Shown here in pieces: positions 61,621 to 64,000 of a stretch of DNA of 64,000 bases. Made by a program: the position numbers and the translations under genes. The stretch's first letter is position 1, and each line of letters starts with the position of its first letter. Below the pieces are notes generated by a model. The model was not told the origin of the DNA and did not search any database. It saw only the letters and a program-made list of their open reading frames with translations. Origin of the DNA: Lama glama. Lineage: Eukaryota. The stretch spans positions 28,522,001 to 28,586,000 of the forward strand of contig CM052817.1 of assembly GCA_028534125.1 (NCBI GenBank), in the 5' to 3' direction.

Positions 61621-64000
61621 ATTGCAATATTAAGTTCTCTTGACAAAAGGAGTTAGTATTTTTTTATTAAACTTTTCAATTAGAACATACTCCCATTAGA
61701 ATTTGCATATGCTCTGCCCTTCTGGAACATTCCAACAGTGAGATTAAATAAATGCAGACTTAATTGTATGACTGAAGTAACTATAGAAGTTCTCTTTAAA
61801 AGTGGCTGATTTGGGGACACACTTCTGAGTTTTTAAATATACACTCATACACAAACTCATATATTTTAATTACTTTTAAAAACAACAGTTCACTTATTAA
61901 AAATGGAAAATGTTGGAAGAAAGTTTTAAAGAGGTGAGCATAAAAGATATTATCTTCTAGAGGGTAGTGGAGGCAGTGCAAAACATTTTTATGATATGAA
62001 CATCTCCATTTTATTGGTAAGATTTTTTTTCTGCAAGACATTATACATTTTAAGAATCTACTTAAGCACATGGTGCTGAATTATAAAAAGGTGATTAAAT
62101 TATATTATGTAGAAATCCAGACATGAATACCAATTCCAATAATAAGTTGTCAAACATAAGCATAATATCACAATTATGTATTTAAAAATCACAATTCATT
62201 CTTATAAATTTATAAATGTATGTAAAACTACATATATTTCTTAGGTTATCAAAGTCCTTTTCATTATGAAAATGAAAGCAAATTACAAATCTCACTAACT
62301 TTTAATTGATTAAAATATACATAGATATATACAAATTGAATTATTTGTATCCTTATCCATCAGTTCACTGTATTTTTTTTTTAACTTTTTATATACCCCA
62401 TTTGTTTTGGAAGTTTATTTTTAAATAGCAATTTCTGAAATAAGTGGTTATATATTACAAATTATTTGATTCTGAAAATAAAATGACTTAATTATTTTCA
62501 TGAAAGTTTATGGCAACTGAGATTTTCCCTTAATATCTCTCTGCTAAGCAAAATGATAAAAGTTAATAAACAAAACATGTTAATTTAATGAGGAGGAAAA
62601 AAATTTTTTAATGAAAGGAGGACAAATTTAAATATCTTTTATTGTTTCCTAAGAGTACTGGAATGATGCTATTATCATAAGAATTCTATTCTTACTTCTA
62701 AAGCACTTTCTCCATGTAAGGTGTTGTATTGTTTACTGGGAATGAGTTACACGTACCGGTGTACTGCCTAGAATTACCCAAGTTCCAAAATGGCTATATA
62801 CTCTGATTAATGGAAAAAACTTTGCTTAGCCACAAAGTGGTTATTTTCACCAAAGTGCTTACATATCCCTAAACACTTATGCTTCAGGTTAACCCATCAG
62901 AGCCCAATATCAAAATGTGAATCTGTTAAAAAGAAAAAAAAAAATCTAGAAAAGTAGCGTACTTGTCCCTTGTCAACCCTAAACATATTAGTAGGGATTT
63001 TTTTGGTCAGACTATTTGGAACGTATAAGCCTTTAAAAAAAGACAGTAAATAACTCATGGGGATGGAAATAGGAAAAGGAATACCAAGGAAGAGTTGGGC
63101 CACTCTGAATGAATGAATCCTACAGGCAAATCATGCCTGTATCACCATTTTGGCTGCAAAACGTAAATTGGCGAAAATTTAGGATCTTAGGGCATTTTTA
63201 ATTTGTCGTGATACTTGATGATAAGTATCATCTGTAGCAGTTACTAATAAAAGGAGAGGATGCCAAAACCAGAAAAGCAGAAGACTGCGGAGATTTTTTA
63301 CACTGAAGATCTCGGTTTCCTCAATCTTTTAACTCCAACGGTTTTATTGACAAAAAGATAATGAGCTAGTGAGCAGACTTCTAAGTGACTCCACAGATCT
63401 CAATTCCTGTATTTCCTCATTTGTCTCCCACCCTATTTCACTTTCATATTGAAATCAAACCACACTAATTGTGATACCTTTCGTAATTGAGCTCACATGT
63501 TGGTTTAGATCATGGATAAGCATTTATCTCCTGTCATCCAACAGCAGAATATTGCTATGAAAAATGAGCAATGTATTCTGTTAACCAGAGATGCACTTGA
63601 TTAGCTTGAGATTCTTTTGTTTGCCTCTGAAAAAGGTTAATCAACTAAAGCATAGGTTTCTGTTTTTCTCTCCATTATTCAGAGCTCATTAGCTGGGCCG
63701 TTTTGGTATAGACTAGAATTCTGTTGGGAGATATCTTTGGTTAAAACTTTGCCTGTATGCTGCTATTATATTCATAATTCTCTCTCTGTATTACCTTTGT
63801 AAGACATTTGGGACTTTGGTATATGCGCTTTCCTCAGATCATCAATTCAGATCTAAAGTCCCATCATCTGTTGTGCCTTTTCTTTGTTTTATAAATTTCA
63901 CATATTTTTTTCTTAACATTAACTGGTATAAGAAATACTTAAATTAAAGGTTGGATTCCTGGGTTATACAGGAGAAATTATATGTGTTGTTAATTTGATA

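Overview
AT-rich placental-mammal genomic DNA, probably intergenic or deep intronic. I found no credible host protein-coding exon, RNA gene or CRISPR-like array. The ORF track is chance ORFs, ORFs read through two 500-N assembly gaps, and decayed retroelement frames. Most recognisable content is transposon-derived. There are two young minus-strand LINE-1 insertions with clean target-site duplications (TSDs), each interrupted by an N gap: one apparently full-length with a CpG-rich 5' UTR, and one 5'-truncated and inserted into an old L2. The rest is ERV1/ERV2/ERVL/MaLR LTRs (some nested or head-to-head), an ERVL internal relic with a dUTPase-like frame, old L1M, L2, L3/CR1 and MIR copies, and MER3/MER5 DNA transposons. 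The young L1 3' ends and the lack of Alu/B1/Bov-tA/PRE-1/Can-type SINEs suggest a camelid (inference from recalled consensus sequences, not a search). Repeat family names are from memory and need Dfam/RepeatMasker confirmation; boundaries of old repeats are approximate. I do not see a convincing new biological system. The best leads are the full-length L1 (possible 3' transduction, long antisense 5' UTR ORF), an ancient CR1-like endonuclease relic, a 5'-inverted old L1 carrying a ~195-bp palindrome, an inverted LTR pair and a p53-family motif cluster.
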